A DNA stretch of 62,488 nucleotides, counting the filler. It is 4 parts of 4 records of this genome, joined end to end, with 100 filler letters (N's around TTAATTAATTAA, not from the genome) between each part and the next. Parts side by side here need not be neighbours in the genome. Positions count along the whole stretch, not along the records: positions 34,865 to 62,488 come from SRR22947725_514; 3 more parts are not named here. One strand, 5' to 3'. A program made the position numbers and the translations under genes. Positions 60,915 to 62,488 of the stretch are shown in pieces (the stretch's first letter is position 1; the number at the start of each line of letters is the position of its first letter). The notes beneath the pieces were generated by a model. It saw only the letters and a program-made list of their open reading frames with translations. It was not told the DNA's origin and made no database searches.

Positions 60915-62488
60915 TTAGTTTTTTGACTTTTTGCCATTACAGCAAGCTCACGGGCAATAATGTATGCTCCCTTGACCTTTTTATCGTCATCTGTCCAATC
61001 TCGAAGAACAATTAATTTATTATTTTTAATTTTTGCAGTACCACGAGAATCTAAAAGATATTGTGCTAAATCTGATGGACTAATAAACTTATCTTGGTAA
61101 AACTGTATTACCGCGCCTTTTGGGCCGCTATCAAGCTTAGCAATGCCAGCTGCACGGCACATACCTTTAATTCTAACAACTCTTAATAACATATCGACTT
61201 CAGTTGGTAATTTACCAAATCGATCAATTAACTCTGCCGCAAATGCTTCTAATTCTATTTTTTTAGCCAACGCTGACAACCTACGATATAAACCTAAACG
61301 AACATCAAGATCTTGAACGTAAGTTTCAGGTATTAAGACTGGAACACCCAAGTTTATTTGGGGTGACCATGATCCCTCATCCGTCAGACCCTCCATTTGT
61401 CCAGATTTAATTTTAGCAATCGCATCTTCTAACATTTCTTGATAAAGTTCATAACCAACTTCTCGAACATTCCCAGACTGTTCCTCACCTAAAATGTTTC
61501 CAGCACCACGAATATCTAAATCTTGACTAGCTAGCATAAATCCAGCACCAAGACTGTCCAATGAACCCAAGACTCGCAATCTTTTTATGGCAGCATGGGT
61601 AAGTTTTTGCCGCGGCTTGGTTGTAAGATATGCATATGCTCTTGTTTTAGATCGTCCAACTCTGCCACGAATCTGGTAAAGTTGAGATAGTCCAAACATA
61701 TCTGCTCTATGAATTATAATTGTATTAGCAGTCGGTATATCCAGACCACTCTCAACAATAGTTGTTGCAACAAGAATACCAAACTTTCCATCATAGAAGG
61801 CATTCATTCTTTCATCTAATTCACCAGCTGGCATTTGGCCATGTGCAACTACGTGATTTATTTCTGGCACTTGCTCTTCAATAAACGCTTCTATCTCAGG
61901 AAGGTCAGATATCCTAGGTACAACAAAAAAACTTTGCCCACCTCTATAATGCTCTCTTAATAGAGCCTCTCTCAATGTCACAGTATCAAATTCACTGACG
62001 TAAGTCCTTATGGCCAAACGATCAATAGGTGGTGTTCCAATGACTGAAAGCTCTCGGACACCAGAAAGTGACAACTGTAATGTTCTTGGAATGGGAGTTG
62101 CAGTTAATGTTAATACATGAATGTCTGATCTTAATTGCTTCAATCTTTCCTTGTGACCAACTCCAAATTTTTGTTCTTCATCTATTATTAACAGACCAAG
62201 GTTTGCAAATTTGATATCTTTTGCGAGCAATGCATGCGTGCCTATAATAATTTCAACAGCACCATCTCGCAAAGCTTCACGATTTTTTTTCATTTGTGAT
62301 GTTGTTACAAATCTTGAGAGTTGTTTGACTCTTATACCTGTTCCACGAAATCGTTCTTCAAATGATTTAAAGTGTTGTCGCGCTAACAATGTTGTTGGAG
62401 CAATAATTGCAGCCTGTGTTCCTGCACTTGCTGCAATAAAAGCAGCACGTAATGCTACTTCAGTTTTACCAAAACCAACATCTCCACA
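60911..62488 (-). CDS. mfd: Transcription-repair coupling factor, 5'-truncated
   Basis: CGDVGFGKTEVA at the window edge, DEEQKFGV, TATPIPRT, QIRGRVGR, DLDIRGAGN, TRCF C-terminal domain. Confidence 0.97.
   Translation of the reverse strand, partial: CGDVGFGKTEVALRAAFIAASAGTQAAIIAPTTLLARQHFKSFEERFRGTGIRVKQLSRFVTTSQMKKNREALRDGAVEIIIGTHALLAKDIKFANLGLLIIDEEQKFGVGHKERLKQLRSDIHVLTLTATPIPRTLQLSLSGVRELSVIGTPPIDRLAIRTYVSEFDTVTLREALLREHYRGGQSFFVVPRISDLPEIEAFIEEQVPEINHVVAHGQMPAGELDERMNAFYDGKFGILVATTIVESGLDIPTANTIIIHRADMFGLSQLYQIRGRVGRSKTRAYAYLTTKPRQKLTHAAIKRLRVLGSLDSLGAGFMLASQDLDIRGAGNILGEEQSGNVREVGYELYQEMLEDAIAKIKSGQMEGLTDEGSWSPQINLGVPVLIPETYVQDLDVRLGLYRRLSALAKKIELEAFAAELIDRFGKLPTEVDMLLRVVRIKGMCRAAGIAKLDSGPKGAVIQFYQDKFISPSDLAQYLLDSRGTAKIKNNKLIVLRDWTDDDKKVKGAYIIARELAVMAKSQKTN

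Overview
The window is not one locus. It is four unrelated contigs joined by 100-nt artificial spacers (44 N + TTAATTAATTAA + 44 N) at 16315-16414, 28636-28735 and 34765-34864. (1) 1-16314 is a PVC-superphylum bacterium (Verrucomicrobia/Planctomycetes-like, moderate GC). It carries a planctomycete cytochrome c/DUF1549/DUF1553 gene, two sulfatases plus a sulfatase remnant, a PVC-type dehydrogenase ending in an azurin domain, an nfeD-nfeD-floA operon, tRNA-Arg(CCG) and partial purE. (2) 16415-28635 is a GC-rich, very compact eukaryotic contig, probably a green alga, with GT-AG introns. It carries RETICULATA-related, a hidden two-exon mL60-like gene, MMS19, KCR, an OEP37-like beta-barrel, an HhH-GPD glycosylase and a LamG/FN2 type-I membrane protein. 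(3) 28736-34764 is an AT-rich alphaproteobacterial pdhA-pdhB-pdhC-lpdA-lipA-ratA operon. (4) 34865-62488 is an AT-rich Rhodobacteraceae-like core region: rpsB, tsf, pyrH to lpxB, comDE, arsC-aquaporin and mfd. The best candidate for new biology is an apparently bicistronic nuclear locus: a small mitoribosomal-like ORF whose stop lies 1 nt before the ATG of a chloroplast RER gene, with the sequence signature expected for leaky scanning. Other candidates are the algal OEP37-like porin, the LamG-FN2 receptor-like protein, an unannotated ~75-nt sRNA upstream of arsC, and an S2 protein with an HhH-domain tail. All family calls come from motif recognition by eye; no searches were run.
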